This document shows, one piece after another, positions 12,492 through 25,150 of a DNA stretch of 64,000 nucleotides. The notes beneath the pieces are model-generated. The model was not told the origin of the DNA, did no database searches, and saw only the letters and a program-made list of their open reading frames with translations. Made by a program: the position numbers and the translations under genes. Numbering within the stretch: the stretch's first letter is position 1; each line of letters begins with the position of its first letter. The stretch is taken from positions 40,548,001-40,612,000 of the forward strand of contig OX597820.1 in the NCBI GenBank assembly GCA_951406725.2. Reading direction: 5' to 3'. The stretch comes from Octopus vulgaris (taxonomy: Eukaryota).

Positions 12492-14590
12492 TGATAAAAA
12501 TAATTAACATTTCCAATTTATTCGAAATAATTCCAGGTAACTAAATAATACGAATCTTTGTTGTGCATACCCTTCCGTTCCAGTAATAAAGCCAATTAAT
12601 TTTTTCGTAGACGAGAAATAGCATTTCACTCACAGATAAAGAATGGAACAGTCAAAGATTTGTTGTTTTGGAAATTCCTAAAACGACATAATGCTAATTG
12701 TTTGTTATGTTCTAAATAGCTAAAACTAAACAATTCTAATTAATTATTGTTTTATTACCTTTCAATTTGAAGTCCTTTTCTTTTTTTGTCTTGAACACCA
12801 GAATTTTTTTCTCTTGATCCGAATCAACTCCTAATGAAACCGTTTCGACCGTTCTCACCACAAACATTAGATGATGCTTCAGTCACGAGTTTTTCATATC
12901 TCTCCACAGCTTGGGTGTGGCACGGTAATTTTTTCCAGTTGCATCAAATGCCACTGTTGAATGAAGGTATCAATTTCTTCATCAGAAAATGGCTGTTAGA
13001 GGTGGTTCAGAAACTGCCAGTTAATTATTTCTATGTAGTTTCAGGCAGCAAATTCTAGGGTGGGAATTTTGAAAGATCGCACAGTTTTCACTTTATAATG
13101 TGTTCGAGCCTGCTTTGTCCGCCTCCATGCTAGTTCTCGAATGTGGCTCCGTTCATCATTTATCATGGCCAGTAAAATATTTTCCGGGTGCGCAAAGAAA
13201 GCATTTCGTTGTATAACTGGAAATATGTTTGGTGTTTTCTTTTGTGCGTGTGAGTGTGTGTTATCTAGGTATTAGCTTCGATCTGTCTATAACGAAAGAA
13301 CATTCGCTTACCTTTTGGTCGATGATGACCGAACTTGTAGGAGAGCAGCAGCACGGTCTGACACGCCGGTGCGATCACAGGCAGAAGCTTATTCTGGGAA
13401 TTTCATTCGTTTGATTGCTGGTTTTGAACATACGCTTTTGCAGACGTCTTTTCGCTTTATGGAAAATGGAATTGGAAAATCTTCATCTTCGCCCGCTGAT
13501 ACATTTCCAGATTCACTGCTTGATGAAAACGCTATCAATTTAGAATCATTTGCTGACGTAGAAGGGCGACTATGATCTAGCCGATTATTTCTAATCAACC
13601 TCAGAACATTCTGTTTAGATATTGCTTGATCTATTCCGCCAATGATCGTTTTTCGATTTGTCCGTTGATCCTGAAAATAATTTTCTTTTTTTTTTCTCTG
13701 TGGTGCTTTTTTGTCTCTACTACAACTGCAGTTTTTAAAGGAGTTGCACTTGCAACAGGAAATGTCAAAAATTCCTTTGTTGCATTGTTTTTAAACGCAT
13801 TACACTTTGAAACGCTGGCAAATTTTTCCTATTTTTCACAGACTTTAGTAATGCTTGGCACTTCAGATAAAAGTTTAAGATTTTCGGTTTAACTAACTCG
13901 ATCGTAACACAAGGGTTGGATGCCTTTTGCCAAAGAAGAATTATCGTTTCTGCCACAATCTTGATACTTTGTTTAACTGAATGATCTCTGTTAACTACAT
14001 TCTCTTTTTTTTCTCGTTCAAATAAAACACATTTCCGTATGACCTTGTAAGTCGGCAAAATTTGCACGCTAGGATCACATGGAGTACTAAATACTGGGCA
14101 TTCAGTATCATGACACGTCATTGGCTTATGAGTTATCACTAAATGTAAACAACACTAAATTTAACATAATCATTAATTTTAATGCAATGGTCTAGAGTCA
14201 AGAGACAAAAGAGAAAACTTCACACACATACGACGTACGTCACGTGCAAGGGCCGTTGCAACGGCACTAGAGGGAAGTTCACACTCCCGTTCTCTTTATA
14301 ATCAATGCGGAACCTCAAGTCAATTGTATTGAACATTGATATGCAAACTTGTAAGGATACTATATTCACTGTTCTGCATTCTGCTATGTAGATTTATGTA
14401 TATGTTACGACTTATAATCCAAGAAATACAAAATTCGATCAAAAATTGTGATTTTTAAAATTTACAATTGCATTGAGGAGTCTCAAAGCAATATTCAACC
14501 GCAAAGATATTTACACACGTTTCTCTTAACTCTAATTCGCAACAAAATATCGATTCTTGGTTACCAGTTTCGAATATTCCAGAAATTCTT
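12492..14590 (-). mobile_element. Decayed DNA transposon, hATm-like transposase
   Basis: LWQKAS.P, FDISCCKC..CSC..KK.P, PVIQRNAFFAHPENILLAM and LPCHTQAVERYEKLVTEASSNVCGENGRNGFIR match, from recall, hATm-group transposases; internally deleted and TIRs not resolved. Confidence 0.6.
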
Positions 14591-14778
14591 CATGTGAGAT
14601 TCTTAAATGAATAGATACTCACACTTGGCTGCATGCATCGACAGTTCAACCAACACATCAACTCAACCACATATTTACAAACACTGAGAACTCTCTTAAC
14701 TCAAAAAATCTTTGTTAGAAACCGTCTTGAACTTGCTCAAGAACTTATATTAAACTAAAAGAAAAATCAGTCATACAA

Positions 14779-14830
<52 letters not shown>

Positions 14831-14836
<6 letters not shown>

Positions 14837-15118
14837 ACTTATAAATAAGGGCAAACGAAAAAACTTCTAATGCCAAATATGCCAAAAATTGGACATTATT
14901 GTCCATGACCATATAATTTTTCACAATTGTGAAAAATTATATGGAATTGTGAAAAAGTATATGGTTATGGACAATAATGTCCAATTTTTTCGTTTGCCTT
15001 TATTTATAAGTTGTTTATAATTTAACCGTTAATTTTAACCGTTAAAGGTATTTTTTAATATGCTGGCCATTGATTAAATTTTTTCCTTCGAAAATAATTT
15101 TATCCTACATTGAATATA

Positions 15119-15120
<2 letters not shown>
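14831..15120. repeat. Fold-back element between two (TA)n tracts
   Basis: AAACAACTTATAAATAAGGGCAAACG...GGACATTATTGTCCATGACCATATAATTTTTCACAA is inverted as TTGTGAAAAA...ATGGACAATAATGTCC...CGTTTGCCTTTATTTATAAGTTGTTT; centre near 14925. Confidence 0.85.
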
Positions 15121-15163
<43 letters not shown>

Positions 15164-15169
15164 ATATAT

Positions 15170-15810
<641 letters not shown>

Positions 15811-15945
15811 TCAATATAGATATATTCAACTTACGATGAAAGGAAACAAAGTTTGCTTCAGAAGCGTTGAGATGTATTGAAAGATACAGATATAATTTAT
15901 TCACAAACGCGTGATAATGCGATTAAAATAGTATGAAACGGATAC

Positions 15946-16258
15946 ATTATACATATATTGCAGAAAAATACGTTACCGGCCAGCTATGAGACTCGAACTC
16001 ACATACCCGCGATTACGCACCAAGTGCTTTAACTTTAAGCTAAACTGCTCAGTAACGAATTCTTCAGAAATTTTAGGAATTGAAAATGTAGCTTTATAAG
16101 AAGCTAACGTTAAATTAAAATTTAGCTTCTTAATAAAGCTAGATTTATAAATCCTAAAATTTCAGCTTCACGGTAAAACACTTGACGCTAACCACAGGGA
16201 TGTGAGTTCGAGTCTCATGGCTGGCCGGCAACGTATTTTTCTACAATATATGGATAAT
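15946..16258. repeat. Palindromic element with two divergent tRNA-like units
   Basis: Arms 15946-16033/16173-16258 and 16067-16107/16122-16163 are inverted repeats; each outer arm has TGTGAG-TTCGAGT-CTCA (T-arm/B-box). Confidence 0.75.
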
Positions 16259-16319
16259 TTAGCCTGTTCATGCAACCATAGCAATGTTGCTGAGGTTTGA
16301 GCTATGCAACGTGTATGTG

Positions 16320-16390
<71 letters not shown>

Positions 16391-16890
16391 AAGTATGTAT
16401 ATACATATATATATATACGTTCATATATACATAAGTATATTTACATACTTACATCTGTGTGAGAAAATATATATACATATGTGGACACAGGACGTTACGA
16501 AACGTGTACAATAAAAAAATACGAAGTACGAGTACATAGAATATGAATTATTCTTTTCGAACAACGAAAAACACAAATAGAAAAGAAGTCAAAGAACATA
16601 AAGAACGATCCTTCATCAGTTGTTGGCTGTTTTTCTACTCTCGTATTTCGAGCATTTCACAAGATACGCTTTCAATAAAACAGATTCTCTCGCAAAGTAA
16701 ATTCAATTTTGAAATAAATAAATAAAAATAAAATTTGGGATTATTCCGGAGAGTCAAACTTGGTAACAAAAACAGGACAATGAAAACAAGCAGGAAGGAC
16801 TTCTAAACTTAAATGAGGTTGCGGTGGTGAAGGCGTAAATCAAACTTGGACAGGATACAGACAAGAATACGTCTATATAAAACCTAGATA

Positions 16891-16922
<32 letters not shown>

Positions 16923-16951
16923 AAACACCACACATACACATACACACACAT

Positions 16952-17024
<73 letters not shown>

Positions 17025-17367
17025 GCACACAATTATATATATAAATGTATGTATGTATATAAAAATGTATGTATGCTTGCGTGTTTTTGTATATAGGCCC
17101 ACAAACACAAGTCTTCACATTAATGTACAGAAATTTGACCATACAGATGCGGGCACATATATGCACAAAATATGTAAGAATGTCATACACAGTTGCATAA
17201 GTATATCAGCATATATACTCAAAGTCATACAAATGTATGCATATCAATAAATATTGACAAGCGAAAGCATGTACAATTACTTCGGAACACACAATGGCTA
17301 GCGATCTCATCTGACTGAAAATGCACGTAGGAAAATATTTGGATAAATAAAGTTACACATCTGTCCC

Positions 17368-17419
<52 letters not shown>

Positions 17420-17420
17420 C

Positions 17421-17466
<46 letters not shown>

Positions 17467-17477
17467 GTCTATCTATC

Positions 17478-17531
17478 TATCCAAATACACACAAACACAG
17501 ATATATATCTGTGTTTGTGTGTATTTGGATA
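17478..17531. repeat. Perfect 54-bp palindrome
   Basis: TATCCAAATACACACAAACACAGATAT-ATATCTGTGTTTGTGTGTATTTGGATA centred on (AT)4; checked base by base. Confidence 0.95.
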
Positions 17532-18124
17532 TATATATATACTTACACACACACATAATATATATATATACAAATACGCATATACATATAATATACATAT
17601 ATATATATATATATTATATGCATGTACCTATGTATGTATGTATGTAGGTATGTAGGTAGGTATGAGCGTGCGTGTGACTGTATTTATATATACATATATT
17701 CATACACGCATAAGCTTTAAATATCTATCTACTCATATCTATACACATATATATGTACGTATGTATATATGTATGTATGTAAGTGTATATATATATATAT
17801 ACATATATATATTCATTTGATGCTCTTACGTTACTAGTTTTAACCTGATAGTAAGATCGAATTGTGGATTTAACAAGCTACTTACTTCTACGTATTCCAA
17901 ATATAAATCATCCAAAATACTTGTCAGAAAATCAATAGAATCTTGACTTTTTTTTTTGTACGTAAGCCCCTTCCAAGTTGCACCAGTTTTCTCCCAGAAA
18001 AGGCTTCTAGAAACATCTTTTTGGCTAACAACAATGTCATATTTTTAGCAGTTTACATAATACAGACCTTACTGGGAATTTTAGACCAAACAATCGAAAA
18101 TAAAATAAACCATCACTAAATAGC

Positions 18125-18500
<376 letters not shown>

Positions 18501-18704
18501 CAATAAAAATAACATGGATATTTCTTAGTATCATTTGATACGATGATAATTTTCAATATACACATGAGGCTGTAATTTTAGTAACGTGTCATGAAACTGA
18601 ATAAAACAGCATTATTGAACGGGTACATATTTTTATCGAACTCGGAGCGATGAGAAATTAGGTTCGAACCAAAAAGGATATCACTTACGAAGTTCAAATG
18701 CATA

Positions 18705-19114
18705 GGCGCAGGAGTGGCTGTGTGGTAAGTAGCTTGTCTACCAACCACATGGTTCCGGGTTCAGTCCCACTGCGTGGCACCTTGAGCAAGTGTCTTCTAC
18801 TATAGCCTAGGGCCGACCAAAGCCTTGTGAGTGGATTTGGTAGACGGAAACTGAAAGAAGCCCGTCGTATATATGTATATATATATGTATATGCGTGTGT
18901 GTGTTTGTGTGTCTGTGTTTGTCCCCCTAGCATTGCTTGACAACCGATGCTGGTGTGTTTACGTCTCCGTTACTTAGCGATTCGGCAAAAGAGACCGATA
19001 GAATAAGTACTGGGCTTACAAAAGTATAAGTCCCGGGGTCGATTTGTCGATTAAAATGCGGTGCTCCAGCATGGCCACAGTCAAATGACTGAAACAAGTA
19101 AAAGAGTAAAAGAG
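18705..19114 (+). mobile_element. tRNA-derived SINE family A, full-length copy
   Basis: GGCGCAGGAGTGGCTGTGTGGTAAG (A-box)..GGGTTCAGTCCC (B-box)..internal (TA/TG)n..CCAGCATGGCCACAGTCAAATGACTGAAACAAGTAAAAGAG tail; several further copies in the window. Confidence 0.88.
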
Positions 19115-19374
19115 AGAACGATTCGTTGTATCTGCATACAATCTCATATTGCAAATGCAAAACAGAAGGCAAGTACTCTAGTTCTTATTAGCAATGTACG
19201 TTATATTATAGAATACCCCATGGATTGATATGAATGCCGTTGGCATAGGTTTTATGCTAATACGTAAGGAGACCAGTATAGCTCTTGCATCGGAAGCGGT
19301 GTCTTTGCAAATGTGTAATACTTTTTGCTGTGATGAATAAAAGATTAATACATTCAAATGATCAAAATGTGACC

Positions 19375-19575
19375 TCGTGTGTACCGTTGGCGATTTTTTT
19401 TCCTCTGTCTTCCCTTCTCTGGATCTTTCCTTCTCCTATGTTTCCGACGAAGAGCTCCGCTCGAAACGTTAAAGCCTCCTTCTTTCCTTCTTTCCTGAGC
19501 GTCCAATAATACTATATTTGTTCCACGTCCTCGCGTTGTTGTGTTTTTTGTGCTTTCTTGTTTGGATTAACTTTA
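19375..19575 (+). mobile_element. Short (TA)n-terminated repeat with minimal hammerhead-like motif
   Basis: 19441-19474 TTT-CCGACGA-A-GAGC-TCC-GCTC-GAAA-CGTT-AAAG; downstream TTCCTGAGCG..TAATAC is shared with the 2992 family. Confidence 0.6.
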
Positions 19576-19620
19576 TATATATATATATATATATATATAA
19601 ATTATATATACACAAATTTA

Positions 19621-19818
19621 TCTTATCTTTCACTTGTTTCAATCATTAGACTGCAGCCATGCTGGAGTACATTGAAATTTTAGTCTAATTTATCGACCCC
19701 CATTCCTTTTTTAAAGCCTGTACTTATTCTATCAATATCTCTCGCCGAACCGCTAAATTACGGGTACGTAAACGCACCAACATCGGTTGTCAAACGGTGA
19801 TGGCGGGGACAAACACAA
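19621..19818 (-). mobile_element. SINE family A, 3' half
   Basis: Reverse complement of 18915-19114. Confidence 0.8.
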
Positions 19819-19821
19819 TAC

Positions 19822-19925
19822 GAAGACAGGTGGTGTACAAAACAAACAGATGTATTAGTATAACGCTCAGGAATAGAAAAGTCTTTTACGTTTCGAGCCT
19901 ACGCTCTTCTACAGAAAGAGACATA
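19822..19925 (-). mobile_element. Hammerhead-like short repeat (2992 family)
   Basis: Minus strand of 19881-19920 reads TCTTT-CTGTAGA-A-GAGC-GTAG-GCTC-GAAA-CGTA-AAAGA. Confidence 0.6.
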
Positions 19926-19978
19926 GAAAAAACAAGGTGAGAAAAACAGTGTGTAGTGGCTAACGAGTGTGTAGTGGC

Positions 19979-20024
<46 letters not shown>

Positions 20025-21689
20025 ACGGAAAGTAAAACAAAAAGATACAATTTTAACAAGAAATATAACATTTATAACAGAGCAGACAAGGCTGAACGAT
20101 TAAGAAATTCCATTTCGGCGTATTCAGTGACAATAGTAGGACGAAAACTGTGCAGAAACCTGTCTTCATACTTTTGCCGCTACAGTTTCATACTTCTGTG
20201 GATTTCCTGAACCCTCATCGTCAAAACTGACGGAGAGCAATTAAGCTTAGTTTTTCGCACGTATTGCAATGGAGAAAATCTGAAAATAACAGGAGGACTT
20301 AAATTATCAACATAATGCTGGTAAAGTCATTTCAAAACATGTAAATATATAATCAAGAAAAATAAGGTATTTGAAACAAATACCAAAATATTTTAGAAGA
20401 CGTCACTAATTTTAAAACATAACTTGCCAGTGGAGGTTAACGAATAATGGTTGAAAATATGAAACAAAAACATTCCGCACAGAATTATAAGGGGAGGGAA
20501 CACAAAATCTGCAATAATACCACAAGCATGACGCAGCATAATTAGACAAAAATTCAGCGCCGTGTTAAGGACTACAAGCAACTGGAAAGTTTCCGGGAAA
20601 TGACGAAGTCTAACTTTGTAGCTGAAATACCAAATCAGGGATTATGAATTTGTTGTTACAAGATTTAATGAATTAGTAAACAGACAAAAATTGTCACTCG
20701 ACTGGTTACGAGGGAGAAAAACGAGACCGCCAAAGCTACAACCGAATAACACAAAGACCTCTTAAATATGCATTCTATAACAGGCTCGGTTCTCATCAGG
20801 AAAATAATAATATCTAACCAGAACCAAATTTCTAAACTGACTGTGAAACGGAAGGTCGAATTTTAAATACACATAATGAATGCTTAGCAACACAGAAATT
20901 ATAATAAGAAAGTAATGAAACAAAAGCTTATACCAAGGGCAAAGTATGTAACCAGCACAATGAAACAATTATACAAATTATTTCTAACTGCACAACCCTT
21001 GCAAAATCAGAATATCGTTGCTAATGTAATCGGACTAGAAATTATGTCTGTTGGGCTATAAAAGCGATTCATCGACATGAAAACTGATAGAAAATGGTAA
21101 AGATCTGGTTCCAATAACCTTGGACTTCCATATCAAATTAACTTGTAATTAAAGTAAACGTTTAGAATATTTCTTTTTTAAATGCCTCATAATCTATGTT
21201 TCTGGCAGACGAGTCGATCTCTTCAAAATAGAAACCGCACAAAATGTCGTGAAAATATTTCTGGCTTAAATGTAAAATGCATAATAATTCAATCAGTACA
21301 TAAAAAAAGAACAGGAAAAACAAACATTGCAACTTACAATCCTCAATGCAACGCAATTATTAGGTCTGCCAGTGATAGACTACATTCCGCCTAATACACA
21401 TTCAATTAAATATCATGACGCAAGCTGTGATCGTTCTGCATAATTAATACAATGCATACTCAAAACGTATGTCACCTAATATGCTTAAGAATGCCGTACT
21501 GCACATACGTTATATTATTACCGTTCATCGTTAAAATACAGTCGCACTACAAAACAACAGTAAAATATATGCACACCAAGACAGTGTTAAATTATGATTA
21601 TACAATGCTGCACACTTCTCAGAAAGACTTAGATACGCGTCGAGCTACGAAAGAAACAAAAATTAACATCACGTGCAATCAGTGCCTTT

Positions 21690-22193
21690 TCGGGTGAAGA
21701 TCGCTCAAGCGGCAAATGTCTAGCTGAAGAGCTGGTTGAGTTCGGATATCATCCTGTAGAGACTGGATATACTGTCAGCAGCGGAAATCAAAGTTGATGA
21801 TAAAATAGATGTAAATTGCTTAGCATATTGCATGTATGAGCAGAGAAGCAAAATGAATGAAAAAGCCATGGCGAAAAAGAAAATTTGAGAATCAAGTTGA
21901 GCTGTTCAATAGATATCTTGAAGGGATAAATGCTATAATCGATAAGAAATGATGAAAAAGTTGACACATAAAGACGACCAACATAGAAATTATAACATCA
22001 GGTACAAACATTTATAGGCTACAAATTAAAAGATAAAACAAAAAGTCATGGGTGAAACGGACAAAAATAAATGTCACCAACAAGGAAATATCACAATCAG
22101 ATCAGGCTCTTCGGAGAAATGTATATAAATTTCATCAGCAGCTGACGAATGAGAAAGAACATTAGAAGAATGATATACGAAATGCTGAAGCAG

Positions 22194-22195
<2 letters not shown>
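21690..22195 (+). mobile_element. Decayed R4/Dong-like LINE fragment (pre-RT region)
   Basis: PWRKRKFENQVELFNRYL..KIKQKV..QIRLF parallels the W...IE.KI..LKQ.I.AK...RRY..Q....QN..F segment at 30570-30840. Confidence 0.4.
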
Positions 22196-22238
<43 letters not shown>

Positions 22239-22471
22239 AGCGATATATATATATATTTCTACTGGTCTCGTGGCTAGGGGATGGTAGGAGTTCGCACCCC
22301 TGCTTGCAATTTTATTGGATGAAGCTGTGCATTATTAACCAGCTAGAGGGGGTGTCCTCTTACGGTTAAAAAATCACAGTAGAGTCCGTTCGAACGGACA
22401 GCCAGGTTAAAGTAGCTACGAATATTACTTGTCAGTACAACTACTGCGTTGATCTCTTAGAGAGATTTTAG

Positions 22472-22515
<44 letters not shown>

Positions 22516-23946
22516 CAATAAATGTAAGGGTAGGAAAAAATTCTAGAAAAATTCTCCGCTACCAGCGGTCAAGTGAGAAAGAAATGATAGTCAATAGACT
22601 ATATAATATACATTCAAATATACAAGGAATGGCCATAAGCAGCCAAACTCCAAACCACTAATAGTTGTAATTCTGAAATGGAAAGAAATAAAAACGTTTA
22701 CCATTTTTGAGTTGAATGTCCTATTATGGCCATTCCTTATATATTTGAATATATATATATTTATTTAATTATTTACATAGTATGTACGAGTTTATGCATG
22801 CACGTATGAATGTATTTCCGCATGCATGTATGTATACGTAAAAGCATTCTACCCAACGTATCCCATATACCATAATGTTTACACTGTGTACATTTTGATA
22901 TAATACCTGTGTGTGAACACGTGTGTGTGTGTGTGTTTGTGTATGAGCATGTGTGTGTGCAGGTGTATGTGTGTGTGCACATGTGTATATCTGTATGTGT
23001 CTTTGAGAGGCAATGTGAAATATTGCGAAAATATTCACAGTTGTTGAAGAGTAAGAGAAACACAATTATGGGTGAGAGGTAAGAAACACCGGAAATTGCG
23101 AGACAGTGTGAGGGGCCAGTATAATCTGCAAATAAAAACTGTAAAAGTAATAAAGCTTAGGTCGCTGCCAATGGCATTTCTTTTTCTCTAGAGATTAGTC
23201 TAGTCTCAATGCAACTCACAGACATATACAAACATATACAGTCTCTTATAAACACACACGTACACATAAACGCGTAAGCAACACAGCTGCTTAGAGTATA
23301 CAGACAGACATATAAACAAACAGAGAGATACAATTTGATTATTAATTATATCAGCGCGGGCTTAGATATATTTCATTAGATTTCTACTATTAACAGGTCG
23401 CAAAGATTAATTGCAGGAACACTGTAAACTGCAGGTGGTTTAAAAAAAACTACAGGAATCATTGCAGGAAATCTTCAAGAATGTTAATCATTTCAATTTC
23501 CAAGGAGAAAATATAATTGTTTTTTCTTTAAAAACAACAAAAAAAGAAAGAAAACAGCACCAGTTTTATGATTGAAATTTAGGCACATCGATTCTCAAGA
23601 ATACAGATATTGATTTCCTTTGACTAAGAACATCGCCATTTTTTATACAGGAAATATGTATATTTAATAAAATATAGTAAATTGACTGTAGCCATAATGC
23701 TAGTGGTTATATCACTAAAGTCAAGGTGTAGTACGGCTGGGGCCAAGTAGCAAAATGAATCATGTAGGGCCTGAATTAGAAAAATTAAATATCTGAACGA
23801 AATACTATAGCATATAACCAGTCCTCATATGGAAAATATAACAATATTAAATCTCGTTAACTACATCGAAATGTATTGATTAGAAATTGAACAAGCACCA
23901 TAGAGGAGCAAAATCATCAACGAATTTATACCAGTAAGTATGTGTG

Positions 23947-24009
<63 letters not shown>

Positions 24010-24334
24010 CGCTGAAATATCACCGTCAAAACGCAATAAGCAGAGAGAATAACATATTACTGAAAAGTTTTCGCAGGCAAAAATCATATCTTTTAGTATA
24101 GTTAGATGTACTATTGCTACATCAAGAGGTAGATTCCACGTAAATTATTATTACCCAGTCTAAGGCGTCGAGCTGGCAGAATCGTTAGAATAAAGTGTTC
24201 CCCAAATGAATCATTTCAGAGTTAGGTATGCAACTACATTTGGAACATCCAATGCTGGGTCCCATTTAAATGCAATGGTGTAACGTATGTAGGAACTACA
24301 TATTTCTACTGGTCTTTATCTTAATTTCCAATAT

Positions 24335-24379
<45 letters not shown>

Positions 24380-24380
<1 letters not shown>

Positions 24381-25150
24381 TAGCAGAGTTAGAATGCATC
24401 GTAAAGAATGGATCTTTAAGAAAACCCCCATGACAATTCATATATTTTTGCTGTTGATGAAATTTTAACCATAGTTATTAGATACAAATGAAGTAATATT
24501 TATAAAATTTCATCTTCTTACAAGTTATAAAGACCCCTTCATTGGGACTTAACACCCACAATTTTGTCATTTTATCTAAGCAAAAACGAATAGTTGTACT
24601 CTTGGAAGCTGTGGGGTCATCCGAGCATAGAATATGAGCATTATTTGTAATTGAATGGTACAACAGTGTAAAAGTTTGCTTTGACATACACTTAGATTGT
24701 GATTTCTGCAATGTGCTACATAAATTGTCAAGTAAATGAGTTGTATCTTTGCCTCCACTGATTCAGTTGCAAATTGTTGAGTAACGTTATTTGTTTGCAG
24801 ATCTCCTTTCAGTTTTTTTATTATCACTGGGTCACACATAGTCCCCACATGGTAACGTTGATTTCAAGGCATTCCCAGATGAGTGACTGGTTATTCAAAG
24901 ATATTTATAGATTGTATATTTATTCTGTCCAGTTACGTATAAGTATAGTGGTCATTTGCAAACTCCAACTTTCATTTCTCCTTAGCCCTCACGCCACACA
25001 GTTGTTAATGTTTATTTCATTTGGGTCACGCCCTTCCAATTGCTATAGATTCGTAATGCATCTTACGGCTGAGCCTGTCACCTGCATGGTGAGGAATACA
25101 TTGGGAGTGGTAATGACTAGGGTACTGTAGCTGACTGCTTATTGTGATCA
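24380..25150 (-). mobile_element. Possible Helitron remnant
   Basis: Minus strand ends CTGCTAG-T at the (TA)n border; frame DPVIIKKLKGDLQTNN loosely resembles the Helitron Rep N-terminal region. Confidence 0.25.

Noticed and set aside
15976-16050. Functional tRNA-Thr(CGT) gene
   Set aside because: Acceptor and anticodon stems are mismatched; treated as a tRNA-derived repeat.
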